From NCBI GenBank assembly GCA_030425945.1, contig JAUHZL010000001.1, positions 1 to 47,623 of the forward strand: a DNA stretch of 47,623 bases. Reading direction: 5' to 3'. The translations under genes were made by a program, and so were the position numbers. The notes under the pieces were generated by a model. It was given only the letters and a program-made list of their open reading frames with translations, was not told the origin of the DNA and made no database searches. This DNA is from Alphaproteobacteria bacterium. GTDB lineage: Bacteria; Pseudomonadota; Alphaproteobacteria; Rhodobacterales; Rhodobacteraceae. This document shows positions 25,787 through 35,203 of the stretch, in pieces. The first letter of the stretch is position 1; each line of letters opens with the position of its first letter.

Positions 25787-26809
25787 GTGGATGGCGTGGC
25801 TTTACCTTCCTCCGGCCTGCCTGCCGGAGTCGGCGACGCGTGCCTGTTCGGCCTCTCGCTCTGCTCTGGCGCCGGCGGGCTCGACCTCGGGCTGCACCTC
25901 GCACTACCCGGATATCGCACTGTGGGTCACGTCGAGCGGGACGCCTACGCCGCGGCCATCCTCGTGGCGCGGATGGAAGACGCGGCCCTGGATCGCGCGC
26001 CTCTCTGGGACGACGTTGCCACCTTCGACGGCCACCCTTGGCGCGGCGCGGTGGATATCGTCAATGCGGGCTATCCGTGCCAGCCGTTCTCCGTCGCGGG
26101 CAAGCGCCGGGGCGCGGACGATCCGCGACACCTCTGGCCGCATGTCGCCCGCATCGTCGGCGAGTGCGAACCGCCGTTCGTGTTTCTCGAGAATGTCGCC
26201 CATCATCTCCGCCTCGGCTTCCCCGAAGTCGCCGCAGGACTGGTCGGCATGGGCTACCGCCTTGCGGCGGGCCTCTTCACGGCGGCGGAAGTCGGCGCGC
26301 CCCACAAGCGCGAGCGGCTCTTCATCCTCGCCCATCGTGAGCGCGACCACCTGGCCGACCCCGCGCGCCTGCTCGGGGACGCGGTCGAGCGGCGGGAACC
26401 GGACGGAAATGATGCGGCTCTGGCCGACGCCGCTGGCCGGCGACAGCAAGGGCACGCGGAACCGGACGAGCAATCGCAGCTCGACGGCGCGCCCACGCAA
26501 CAACGGGACGAAGCTCTGCGATGCGACGCGGCTCTGGATGACGCCGACGGCGCGGGATCACAAGGACGGGGCGACGAGCCTCGCGAACACGCCGGTGAAC
26601 GGGCTGCTTGGCCGCCAGGTCCTGGTGACGTCGACGGCTGGCGGGCGTTCCTGCGACACGCCCCGGACCTTGAACCCAGCATTCGTCGAGGCGCTGATGG
26701 GCTGGCCCACCGGGTGGACCGGCTTCGGCTCTGTGGCAACGGAGTGGTCCCGCTGGTCGCGGCGCATGCGCTCCGAACTCTCACAGCTGAACTGCTGGCC
26801 GATGGATGA
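25787..26809 (+). CDS. C5 cytosine DNA methyltransferase, alpha frame (motifs I-VIII and X)
   Basis: SLCSGAGG (I), GYPCQPFS (IV), FLENV (VI), PHKRERLFI (VIII), RLRLCGNGVVP (X). No motif IX. Confidence 0.88.
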   Translation: MDGVALPSSGLPAGVGDACLFGLSLCSGAGGLDLGLHLALPGYRTVGHVERDAYAAAILVARMEDAALDRAPLWDDVATFDGHPWRGAVDIVNAGYPCQPFSVAGKRRGADDPRHLWPHVARIVGECEPPFVFLENVAHHLRLGFPEVAAGLVGMGYRLAAGLFTAAEVGAPHKRERLFILAHRERDHLADPARLLGDAVERREPDGNDAALADAAGRRQQGHAEPDEQSQLDGAPTQQRDEALRCDAALDDADGAGSQGRGDEPREHAGERAAWPPGPGDVDGWRAFLRHAPDLEPSIRRGADGLAHRVDRLRLCGNGVVPLVAAHALRTLTAELLADG

Positions 26810-26822
26810 GGGGATGCGATGA
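25791..26822 (+). CDS. Overlapping +1-frame ORF, probable beta subunit of the C5 methyltransferase (motif IX)
   Basis: Open for 343 codons. WPTP/WPTP/WMTP repeats and LNPAFVEALMGWPTGWT (motif IX-like). Its stop overlaps the next ATG (ATGA). True start uncertain. Confidence 0.65.
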   Translation: MAWLYLPPACLPESATRACSASRSALAPAGSTSGCTSHYPDIALWVTSSGTPTPRPSSWRGWKTRPWIARLSGTTLPPSTATLGAARWISSMRAIRASRSPSRASAGARTIRDTSGRMSPASSASANRRSCFSRMSPIISASASPKSPQDWSAWATALRRASSRRRKSARPTSASGSSSSPIVSATTWPTPRACSGTRSSGGNRTEMMRLWPTPLAGDSKGTRNRTSNRSSTARPRNNGTKLCDATRLWMTPTARDHKDGATSLANTPVNGLLGRQVLVTSTAGGRSCDTPRTLNPAFVEALMGWPTGWTGFGSVATEWSRWSRRMRSELSQLNCWPMDEGMR

Positions 26823-27043
26823 AGCAGAGCCGGGCCATGTCGCTTGTCGAGGCCGTCGCGAACGTGTCGGTGGGCTACGGCGTTGCCGTCGTGACGCAGA
26901 TCCTGATCTTCCCGATCTTCGGGTTGCACACGACGCTGACGCAGAACCTGAAGATGGGCGCGGTGTTCACGGTGGTCAGCATCGCACGGTCGTTCGCCCT
27001 GCGGCGCATCTTCGAAGCGATCCGGGTGCGCGGGGCACGATGA
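26819..27043 (+). CDS. Small two-TM membrane protein
   Basis: 74 aa with two hydrophobic segments. ATGA-coupled. Confidence 0.7.
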   Translation: MKQSRAMSLVEAVANVSVGYGVAVVTQILIFPIFGLHTTLTQNLKMGAVFTVVSIARSFALRRIFEAIRVRGAR

Positions 27044-27097
27044 GAGACCGCCGCCCCATGCGGGACGGCGGCATCGGGACTGTCGTGGTGTGCAGCG

Positions 27098-27685
27098 TCA
27101 GTCGTCGGCGATCACGTAAACCCTGCCGCGCCCCTTGATCTTTTCGGAGGTGATCGTCAGGCCCAGCTTCTTCTTGAGCGCGCCGGACATGGCGCCTCTC
27201 ACTGTGTGAGCTTGCCACCCCGTTTCGGCGACGATCTCGTCGATGGTCGCGCCGCCCTCGGCGCGGAGCATCTCGATCAGTTTCGCCTGCTTCGTGCCCT
27301 CGCGCGGTGTGCGCGCCTTGGGCGCGCGGTCGGCATCGGCGGGAGCATCCTGCGGGTCCTCCGGGCTCTGCGCCTCGTCGGCGCCCGTGGGCGCGCTGTC
27401 GCCGCTCTCCGGCTCGACGCCAATGGCGGCGAGGCCCGCGTCGGTGATGTGCAGGAGGATGGCGTTGCCGTCCTCGTCGTTGCGCCAGATGCGGTTGAGT
27501 GCGGCGTCGGCCTTGGTCTGGCAGTCGGTCGCCGTCTCGGCGATCAGCCCGCGCTTCAGCAGCGCGCCGACCACCTTTGCGGCGGCGCCGCCGCGGAGCG
27601 AGCCGGGGAGCGGCAGCAGGTTGCGGTCCTCGCGCTGCGCGGCCGCGCTGAGGATCACGAGCTGGGTGTCGGAAAGCTTGGTCAT
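27098..27685 (-). CDS. DUF3489 domain protein
   Basis: MTKLSDTQLVILSAAAQR...REGTKQAKLIEMLRAEGGATIDEI...GWQAHTVRGAMSG.LKKKLGL. Confidence 0.85.
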   Translation of the reverse strand: MTKLSDTQLVILSAAAQREDRNLLPLPGSLRGGAAAKVVGALLKRGLIAETATDCQTKADAALNRIWRNDEDGNAILLHITDAGLAAIGVEPESGDSAPTGADEAQSPEDPQDAPADADRAPKARTPREGTKQAKLIEMLRAEGGATIDEIVAETGWQAHTVRGAMSGALKKKLGLTITSEKIKGRGRVYVIADD

Positions 27686-27779
27686 CTGGGATCTCCGTGT
27701 TCGAGGCCCGCGTCATGCGGCGCCTCCTACGACCCCGAGCCGCGCGTCGGCGCGGCAGGAGTTTCGGCGGTGCCGGAGA

Positions 27780-28052
27780 TCACTCGGCGTGTTCGCCCTC
27801 GCCGAAGGCGCTATCGGTGATGCGCTTGAGGAGGTTGGCGTAGTGTTCGAGGGTGCCGACATGGCCCCAGTTCACTTCGTCGGCGTGAGCGTTGAAGTGG
27901 TCGTCGCTGAGCATCTGCAGGCGGGCGAGCATCTCGTCGATCTCGGCTTTCTTGCCGATGAAGGCGTTCAGAGCGGCTTCTCGGTTGCGCCGGGCCTTCT
28001 CGGCGCGGAGTTCGTGGCGCGGGGTGGTGATCGGGTTCAGGCGGGTCGTCAT
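27780..28052 (-). CDS. Small hypothetical protein, 90 aa
   Basis: GGAG RBS. AFIGKKAEIDEMLARL...DDHF...VNWGHVG. Confidence 0.7.
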   Translation of the reverse strand: MTTRLNPITTPRHELRAEKARRNREAALNAFIGKKAEIDEMLARLQMLSDDHFNAHADEVNWGHVGTLEHYANLLKRITDSAFGEGEHAE

Positions 28053-28164
28053 CGTGGTGGCTCCGTGGTGAGTTGCATCGTCCTTGTGGGATGGACGTTC
28101 GCTCTGTCCGCGAGCCTTATCAACGACATAAGCACCTGATTTTGAATGATAATCGGAGCCGTCG

Positions 28165-28722
28165 ATGCAGGGCATGAGCGAGCGCCAGTATGCCGCCCAT
28201 GTCGGGCTGTCACGCGGCGCGATCCAGAAGGCGAAGGCCGCCGGCCGGTTGGTCCTGAACGAGGATGGCAGCATCGACGCCGCGGCCTCGGACCGGCTGC
28301 GCGCGGATGCGACCGACCCGTCGAAGATCAGGAAGTCAGCAGCGCCGAAGCTCAAGCCAGTGCCCGAGGCAGCCGTCTCGGCGGTTGGCGACACGCTCAG
28401 AGAACAGGGCATGGCCGCGCCGGTCACCGGCGGCGGCACGACGTTCCTGCAGGCCAAGACGGCGCACGAGGTGCTCAAGGCGCAGGAGCGGCGCATCCGG
28501 CTCGCGAAGCTGAAGGGCGAACTGGTCGAGCGCGACCGCGCCACGGCGCTGGTCTTCCGGCTCGCGCGCGAGGAACGCGATGCGTGGGTCAACTGGCCGG
28601 CGCGGGTGGCTGCGCTGATGGCGGCGGAGTTGGGAACGGAGACGGCGGCCATACAGAAGGTTCTGGAGGCCCATGTCCGCGCCCATCTCGAGGAACTCGC
28701 CCAGCCCCGGATTGCCCTCTGA
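28165..28722 (+). CDS. Terminase small subunit (Nu1-like)
   Basis: N-terminal HTH MSERQYAAHVGLSRGAIQKA, coiled coil KLKGELV. Overlaps the large subunit. Confidence 0.75.
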   Translation: MQGMSERQYAAHVGLSRGAIQKAKAAGRLVLNEDGSIDAAASDRLRADATDPSKIRKSAAPKLKPVPEAAVSAVGDTLREQGMAAPVTGGGTTFLQAKTAHEVLKAQERRIRLAKLKGELVERDRATALVFRLAREERDAWVNWPARVAALMAAELGTETAAIQKVLEAHVRAHLEELAQPRIAL

Positions 28723-30667
28723 GGATATCACGGGCTTTGACGGGGCGGATGCGCTGCTCCGTGCCTGGGGCCGCGGGCTCACGCCCGATCCGTGGCTAAC
28801 CGTCTCGGAATGGTCGGACACGCATCGCTGGCTGAGCTCGCGCGCGAGCGCCGAGCCCGGTCGCTACCGCACCGAGCGCACGCCCTACATGCGGGCCATC
28901 ATGGACGCGCTCTCGCCCGGCGATCCCACCCAGCGGGTGGTGTTCATGAAGGCTGCGCAAGTGGGCGCGACGGAAGCTGGCAACAACTGGATCGGCTTCG
29001 TGATGCACCATGCGCCGGGGCCGATGCTGGCGGTCCAGCCGACGGTGGAGCTGGCCAAGCGCAACTCGCGCCAGCGGATCGACCCGCTGATCGAGGAGAG
29101 CCCGGCGCTGAAGGAGCGCGTTCGCCCGGCGCGTGCACGCGACAGTGGCAACACGCAGCTGTCGAAGGATTTTCCGGGCGGCGTGCTGGTGATGACCGGC
29201 GCGAACTCTGCGGTGGGGCTGCGCTCGATGCCGGCGCGCTACGTCTTCCTCGACGAGGTGGACGCCTATCCGGCCTCGGCCGACGAGGAAGGCGACCCGG
29301 TGGGCCTCGCCGAGGCGCGGTCGCTGACCTTCGCGCACCGGCGCAAGGTGCTGCTCGTCTCGACGCCCACGATCCGCGGCGTCAGCCGGATCGAGCGGGA
29401 ATACGAGGCGAGCGACCAGCGCCGCTTCTTCGTGCCGTGCCCGCATTGCGACGCGATGCAGTGGCTGCGGTTCGAACGGCTGCGCTGGGAGAAGGGCAAA
29501 CCGGAGACGGCGGCGTACCACTGCGATGCCTGCGACGAGCGGATCGAGGAGCACCACAAGCCGGCGATGCTGGCTGCAGGCGAATGGCGGGCGACTGCCG
29601 AGGCCCGCGATGCGCGGACGGTGGGGTTTCATCTCTCGGCGCTCTATTCGCCGCCGGGGTGGAAGAGTTGGGCCGACATCGCGCGCGACAAGGAGGCGGC
29701 GGCGGGATCGGACGAGGCCGAGCGGGTGTTCCGGAACACCGTGCTCGGCGAGACCTGGATCGAGACCGGCGATGCGCCCGACTGGCAGCGGATCGCCGAG
29801 CGGCGCGAGGACTGGCCGGCCAGCACGGTTCCCGACAAGGGTTTGTTCCTGACCGCGGGCGCCGACGTACAGAAAGACCGGATCGAGGTTGATGTCTGGG
29901 CCTGGGGCCGCGGGCTGGAAAGCTGGCTCGTCGATCACGTGGTGATCGAAGGCGGGCCGGCGCAACCCGAGGCATGGGAGGCGCTGACCGATCTGCTCGG
30001 TCGCAGCTGGCGGCATGCCGGCGGCGCGGACCTCGGTCTCGCGCGTCTCGCCATCGACACGGGTTACGAGACGGCGGCGGTCTATGGCTGGGCGCGCTCG
30101 GTCGGCTTCGCGCAGGTGGCGCCAGTGAAGGGCCTCGAGGGGTTCAACCGGGCGAGCCCGGTCTCAGGGCCGACCTTCGTCGACGCGACCGCGGGCGGGA
30201 AACGCCTGCGCCGAGGCGCGCGGCTCTGGACCGTGGCGACTTCGACCTTCAAGGCCGAGACCTACCGCTTCCTGCGGCTGGCCCGGCCGACGGCCGAGGA
30301 GCTTGAGGACGGCGCTGCGTTCGCTCCGGGCACGGTGCATCTGCCCGGCTGGGCCGACATCGAATGGCTCCGGCAACTGACCGCCGAGCAGCTGGTGACG
30401 GTGCGCAACCGCCGCGGCTTCGCGAAGCTCGAATGGCAGAAAATCCGCGAGCGCAACGAGGCGCTTGACTGCCGGGTCTACGCCCGCGCCGCTGCCTGGA
30501 TCGCAGGGGCGGATCGCTGGCCCGAGGCGACATGGGCCGATCTCGAGGCGCAGCTCGGCGTGCCGAGCGGGATGGACAGCCCCGCCGGCCTGATCGGGCG
30601 GCCCGATACCGGCACGCAAGGCAAGCGCCGTTCCGACTGGCTCGGACGGCGGGAAGGATGGTTCTGA
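28673..30667 (+). CDS. Terminase large subunit, lambda GpA family
   Basis: KAAQVGATE, LDEVDAY, STPT, CPHC/CDAC, GADVQ, AIDTG, RNEALDC. Start may be TTG 28712. Confidence 0.93.
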   Translation: MSAPISRNSPSPGLPSEDITGFDGADALLRAWGRGLTPDPWLTVSEWSDTHRWLSSRASAEPGRYRTERTPYMRAIMDALSPGDPTQRVVFMKAAQVGATEAGNNWIGFVMHHAPGPMLAVQPTVELAKRNSRQRIDPLIEESPALKERVRPARARDSGNTQLSKDFPGGVLVMTGANSAVGLRSMPARYVFLDEVDAYPASADEEGDPVGLAEARSLTFAHRRKVLLVSTPTIRGVSRIEREYEASDQRRFFVPCPHCDAMQWLRFERLRWEKGKPETAAYHCDACDERIEEHHKPAMLAAGEWRATAEARDARTVGFHLSALYSPPGWKSWADIARDKEAAAGSDEAERVFRNTVLGETWIETGDAPDWQRIAERREDWPASTVPDKGLFLTAGADVQKDRIEVDVWAWGRGLESWLVDHVVIEGGPAQPEAWEALTDLLGRSWRHAGGADLGLARLAIDTGYETAAVYGWARSVGFAQVAPVKGLEGFNRASPVSGPTFVDATAGGKRLRRGARLWTVATSTFKAETYRFLRLARPTAEELEDGAAFAPGTVHLPGWADIEWLRQLTAEQLVTVRNRRGFAKLEWQKIRERNEALDCRVYARAAAWIAGADRWPEATWADLEAQLGVPSGMDSPAGLIGRPDTGTQGKRRSDWLGRREGWF

Positions 30668-30669
30668 GA

Positions 30670-30876
30670 ATGGCCGACTGGACGGAAGCGGAGCTCGCGG
30701 CGCTCCGGCGCGCCTATGCGAGCGGGACGACGCGGGTGAGCTATGACGGCAAGACCGTGGACTACGGCTCGGCCGAGGACCTGCTCGGGCGCATCCGCAC
30801 CATCGAGCGCCAGATCGCCGGCGCCACGGCGCGGCCCATCGCGAGCTTCGCCGGCTTCTCGCGCGGGGATCGCTGA
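30670..30876 (+). CDS. gpW-like head-tail joining protein
   Basis: 68 aa (L.ALRRAYASG...V.YDGKTVDY) between terminase and portal. Confidence 0.8.
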   Translation: MADWTEAELAALRRAYASGTTRVSYDGKTVDYGSAEDLLGRIRTIERQIAGATARPIASFAGFSRGDR

Positions 30877-32387
30877 TGGTCTCCTGGCTCGACAGGGCCA
30901 TCGCCTCGGTCGCCCCGCGCACGGCCACGCGGCGACTGCTGGCGCGGCAGGCCTTCGAGGGGCTCGCCCGCTCCTACGAGGGCGCGGCGCGGGGCCGGCG
31001 GACGGACGGCTGGCACGCGCCGGGATCCTCGGCGGACTCCGAGATCGGCCGGGCCGGGGCGCTGCTGCGCGACCGCATGCGGGACCTGGTGCGGAACAAC
31101 CCGCATGCCGCCAAGGCGGTCTCGGTGCTCGTGAACAACATCGTCGGCGCCGGGATCATGCCGCGTGCAGCGAGCGGCGACGCGGCCCTCGACCGCGAAG
31201 TGGACCGGCTCTTTGAGATCTGGGCGCGGGGATGCGACGCCGACGGCCAGCTCGACTTCTACGGGCTGCAGACGCTCGCCTGCCGCGAGATGGTAGAGGC
31301 CGGCGAGGTGCTGGTGCGCCGCCGGCCACGGCGCCCCGGCGACGGCGTCATGCCGCCCGTCCAGCTGCAGCTGCTCGAGGCGGATTTCCTCGACGCGACC
31401 CGCAACGGCGCGCTCGGCTCCGGCCAGGCGGTCCAGGGCATCGAGTTCGACGCGCTCGGGCGGCGTCGGGCCTACTGGCTCTTCGGCGCGCATCCGGGCG
31501 ACGCCACCCTCAGCCTGACGGGCGGTCTCACGAGCCGCGCGGTGCCGGCCTCCGAGATCGCCCATGTCTACGAGAAGCAGCGCACGCAGGCCCGCGGCGT
31601 TCCCTGGGGCGCGCCGGTCATCCGGGCCCTGCGGGATCTCGACGACTACGAGGTGGCCGAGATCGTGCGCAAGAAGACCGAGGCCTGCGTCACCGCCATC
31701 GTGTTCGGGGATGAGGAAGCCCAGCAGGGCATCGCGCCCGCGGTGGTCGATGCAGACGGCAACCGGGTCGAGCAGTTCGAGCCGGGCCTCATCGCTTATG
31801 CGCGCGGCGGCAAGGACATCCGCTTCAATCAGCCCGCGGCCACCGGCGGTTACGGCGAGTACAAGCGCGCGAGCCTGCACACGATCTCGGCGGGGTTCCG
31901 GGTGCCCTACGAGCTGCTGACCGGCGATCTCAGCCAGGTCAACTACTCCTCGATCCGCGCCGGGCTCGTGGAGTTTCGCCGAATGATCGATGCGGTGCAG
32001 TGGCAGCTCTTCATTCCGATGTTCTGCGCGCCGGTGTGGCGGTGGTTCACTGAGGCCGCGTGGGCTGCTGGGCGCATCCCCACGCCCGACGTGCCGGTCG
32101 AGTGGTCGCCGCCGAAGTTCGAGGCGGTCGATCCGCAGAAGGACGCGATGGCGGACCTGCTCGCCATACGCTCCGGCACGATGACGCTGGCCGAAGCCAT
32201 CGCCCGGCAGGGCCGCAACCCCGACGCGGTGCTGGCCGAAATCGCGGCCACGAACGCCAAGCTCGACGAGCTGGGGCTCGTGCTCGACAGCGACCCGCGC
32301 CGGGTCACCAAGACCGGCAGCGCGCAAGCCAATGCGCCGGCCGACCCCGCGACCGATCCGGACGATCCGGACACGGACGTGGACTGA
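30876..32387 (+). CDS. Portal protein, lambda family
   Basis: LR.R.RDLVRNN, Q.RGVP, GDLSQVNYSSIR, VDPQKD. Confidence 0.93.
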   Translation: MVSWLDRAIASVAPRTATRRLLARQAFEGLARSYEGAARGRRTDGWHAPGSSADSEIGRAGALLRDRMRDLVRNNPHAAKAVSVLVNNIVGAGIMPRAASGDAALDREVDRLFEIWARGCDADGQLDFYGLQTLACREMVEAGEVLVRRRPRRPGDGVMPPVQLQLLEADFLDATRNGALGSGQAVQGIEFDALGRRRAYWLFGAHPGDATLSLTGGLTSRAVPASEIAHVYEKQRTQARGVPWGAPVIRALRDLDDYEVAEIVRKKTEACVTAIVFGDEEAQQGIAPAVVDADGNRVEQFEPGLIAYARGGKDIRFNQPAATGGYGEYKRASLHTISAGFRVPYELLTGDLSQVNYSSIRAGLVEFRRMIDAVQWQLFIPMFCAPVWRWFTEAAWAAGRIPTPDVPVEWSPPKFEAVDPQKDAMADLLAIRSGTMTLAEAIARQGRNPDAVLAEIAATNAKLDELGLVLDSDPRRVTKTGSAQANAPADPATDPDDPDTDVD

Positions 32388-32400
32388 GAAGGATCCATCC

Positions 32401-34467
32401 ATGGAGCAGACGATCGAACTGCCGGCGTTCCGCCGGTCGGCGGAGCTGCGGCCTGCCAGCATCGACCCGGAGACGCGCAGCGTCGAGGTGATCTGGTCGA
32501 CCGGCGCCCGGGTGCGGCGGGCCGCGCTCTTCGGCGAGCCGCATGACGAGGAGCTGAGCATGGCGCCCGAGCATGTGCGGCTCGAGCGGCTGAACGCGGG
32601 CGCGCCCTTCCTGAAGGTGCACGAGGCGCACGATCTCGACGCGGTGATCGGCTCGGTCGTGCCGGGCTCGGCGCGGATCGAGAACGGCCAAGGCATCGCC
32701 CGCATCCGGCTCTCGGAACGCGACGCCGTGGGCGACATCTGGCGCGACATCGAGGCCGGGCACATCCGAGCGGTCTCCATCGGCTACCAGGTCCACCGCT
32801 TCGAGATCTCCAAGCCCGACGGCCAGCGCGAACTCTGGCGCGCGGTGGACTGGACCCCGTTCGAGATCTCCGCCGTGCCCGTGGGCGCCGACCCCGCCGC
32901 CGGCTTCCGTTCCAACAGCGCACATCACGACTGCGTCCTCCATCGCCGGGACGCCCCCACCGAGCAAGGAGCATCCCCGATGACCGACAGGACTAAGACC
33001 CCGGCCGAGACGGCCGAGCAGAAGAGCACCACCACGGCAGCGCCCGAGGAGACGAGCATGACCGACGACAAGACCGGCGCTGCCGAACCGCAGACGCGCG
33101 CCGCCGACACGAAGCCCAAGGCGACGAAGCCCGTGCCCGACAATGCGCCGGAGGATCGCGCCCGCAGCGTCGACACGGACGCGCTGGTCAGCGAGGCCCG
33201 CGCGCAGGAGCGCGAGCGCGTCTCCACGATCCACGGCCTCGCCGACAAGCTCCATCTCGAACGTGGCTTCGCCGACGATCTGATCAAGCGTGGCGTCTCC
33301 ATCGACGAGGCGCGCCGGCTAATCCTCGACCAGGTGGCGGCGAAAGCGGACGAGACCCGGACCTTTTCCCATGTCTCGATCCCGCTCGGCGGGCGCGACG
33401 CCACGGTCACCCGGCGCGAGGCGATCTCGAGCGCACTCCTGCACCGCTACAGCCCGACGCTCTTCCCGCTGGAGGACGCCGCGCGCGAATACCGTGGCAT
33501 GACGCTGATGGAGCTCGCCCGCGAAAGCCTCGAGACGGCGGGCGCCAGCACCCGCGGCCTCTCGCGCGACGAGGTGGCGACCCGGGCGCTGCACTCGACT
33601 TCGGACTTCCCGGAGATCCTCGCCGCCGTGACCAACACGACGCTGCGCCAGGCCTACGAGGCCTATCCGCGGACCTTCCCGCTCTTCTGCCGGCAGGTGC
33701 TGGCCACCGACTTCAAGGCGATGCACCGGGTCCAGCTGGGCGAGGCGCCGCAGCTCCTGAAGGTCGGCGAAAGCGGCGAGTTCAAGCGCGGCACGCTGGG
33801 CGAGAGCAAGGAGAGCTACCGCATCGAGACGTACGGCCGCGTCGTCGCGATCACCCGGCAAGTGCTGATCAACGACGATCTCGACGCCTTCACCCGCATC
33901 CCGGCGATGTACGGCAACTCGATCGCGCAGCTGGAATCGGACGTGGTCTGGGACATCGTGACGTCAAACCCGGCCATGGCCGACGGCACGGCGCTGTTCC
34001 ACGCGACCCACAAGAACCTCGCCGGCAGCGGTGCGGCGCTCGGCGTCGACAGTGTGGGCCTCGCGCGGGCGGCGATGCGCAAGCAGACCGGCCTCGACAA
34101 GAAGACGGTCCTGAACATTCGCCCCGCCTTCCTGATCGTGCCGGCCGCGCTGGAGCTGAAGGCCGAGCAGCTGGTCGCCCAGAACCTCGTGCCCGCCCAG
34201 AGCGGCAATGTGGTGCCTCAGTCGATCCGCACGCTCTCGCCCATCGCCGAGCCGCGGCTCGATGCGGCCAGCGAGACGGCCTGGTATCTGGCGGCGAGCC
34301 CGAACCAGATCGACACCATCGAATACGCCTATCTCGAGGGCCAGCAGGGCGCCTACATCGAGACCCGCAACGGCTTCGACGTCGACGGTGTCGAGATCAA
34401 GTGCCGCCTCGACTTCGGCGCCAAGGCCATCGACTGGCGCGGCCTCTACAAGAACCCCGGCGCGTGA
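32401..34467 (+). CDS. Prohead protease / scaffold / major capsid fusion protein
   Basis: HK97-type protease (H, VSIGY, EISAVPVGADP), low-complexity linker, capsid domain (STSDFP, TYGR, DFGAKAIDWRG). Confidence 0.9.
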   Translation: MEQTIELPAFRRSAELRPASIDPETRSVEVIWSTGARVRRAALFGEPHDEELSMAPEHVRLERLNAGAPFLKVHEAHDLDAVIGSVVPGSARIENGQGIARIRLSERDAVGDIWRDIEAGHIRAVSIGYQVHRFEISKPDGQRELWRAVDWTPFEISAVPVGADPAAGFRSNSAHHDCVLHRRDAPTEQGASPMTDRTKTPAETAEQKSTTTAAPEETSMTDDKTGAAEPQTRAADTKPKATKPVPDNAPEDRARSVDTDALVSEARAQERERVSTIHGLADKLHLERGFADDLIKRGVSIDEARRLILDQVAAKADETRTFSHVSIPLGGRDATVTRREAISSALLHRYSPTLFPLEDAAREYRGMTLMELARESLETAGASTRGLSRDEVATRALHSTSDFPEILAAVTNTTLRQAYEAYPRTFPLFCRQVLATDFKAMHRVQLGEAPQLLKVGESGEFKRGTLGESKESYRIETYGRVVAITRQVLINDDLDAFTRIPAMYGNSIAQLESDVVWDIVTSNPAMADGTALFHATHKNLAGSGAALGVDSVGLARAAMRKQTGLDKKTVLNIRPAFLIVPAALELKAEQLVAQNLVPAQSGNVVPQSIRTLSPIAEPRLDAASETAWYLAASPNQIDTIEYAYLEGQQGAYIETRNGFDVDGVEIKCRLDFGAKAIDWRGLYKNPGA

Positions 34468-34551
34468 GCCGGGCCACCCCCAGACCCCTGATCCCTGATG
34501 CACGGGCGGTCCCAATGGGCCGCCCGTCGTCGTATCCAAGAGGACCCCGCG

Positions 34552-34887
34552 ATGAAGAACTACGTCCAGCCCGGCAACACCCTCACCCTGACCGCGCCCT
34601 ACGCCGTGACCTCCGGCGACGGCCTGCTCGTGGGCTCGATCTTCGGCGTGGCCGCCGGCGATGCAGCAAGCGGCGCGACGGTCGAGGCGGCGCTCACCGG
34701 CGTCTTCGACCTCACCAAGATCGGCTCGCAGGCCTGGACCGTCGGCGCCAAGATCTACTGGGACGACACCAACAAGCGCTGCACGACCGTTGCCACCGAC
34801 AACACGCTCATCGGCGTCGCCGTCACGGCGGTGGCCGGCGGCGCGGGCGACACCATCGGCCGGGTGCGCCTGAACGGCAGCTTCTGA
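34552..34887 (+). CDS. DUF2190 family capsid cement/decoration protein
   Basis: MKNYVQPG...GVA...GVFDL.K...G.KIYWD...IGVA. Confidence 0.85.
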   Translation: MKNYVQPGNTLTLTAPYAVTSGDGLLVGSIFGVAAGDAASGATVEAALTGVFDLTKIGSQAWTVGAKIYWDDTNKRCTTVATDNTLIGVAVTAVAGGAGDTIGRVRLNGSF

Positions 34888-35198
34888 TGACCGCCTTCGC
34901 CGCCGCCCTCGATGCGCTCTTCGCGGACGCGCATCTCGCGCGCGACGTGGTCTACACCGCCGAGGGCGGCGCGCCGTCACTGGTCCGGGCGATCCTGCGC
35001 CGGCCCGACGACGTCACCGGCTTCGGCGATGCGCGCATCTGGTCGGAAACCGCCCGGCTGGACCTGCGCTTCGCCGAGGTGGCGAACCCGCGCCCGGGTG
35101 ACCGCATCGAGATCGACGATGACGCCTTCCTCATCCAGGGCGAGCCTGTCCGCGACCGCGAGCGCCTCGTCTGGACAGTAGACCTGCGTCTGGCCTGA
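34887..35198 (+). CDS. Head-tail joining protein
   Basis: Position, TGATG coupling, P.PGDRIEI motif. Confidence 0.7.
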   Translation: MTAFAAALDALFADAHLARDVVYTAEGGAPSLVRAILRRPDDVTGFGDARIWSETARLDLRFAEVANPRPGDRIEIDDDAFLIQGEPVRDRERLVWTVDLRLA

Positions 35199-35203
35199 CC
35201 GCT

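Noticed and set aside
24445-26822. Classical type II restriction-modification system
   Set aside because: No adjacent endonuclease. Orphan methylases next to terminase are typical phage genes.
34502-34527. Hairpin after the capsid gene as an intrinsic terminator
   Set aside because: A GC stem is present but there is no U-tract and it lies mid-operon. At most an mRNA stability element.
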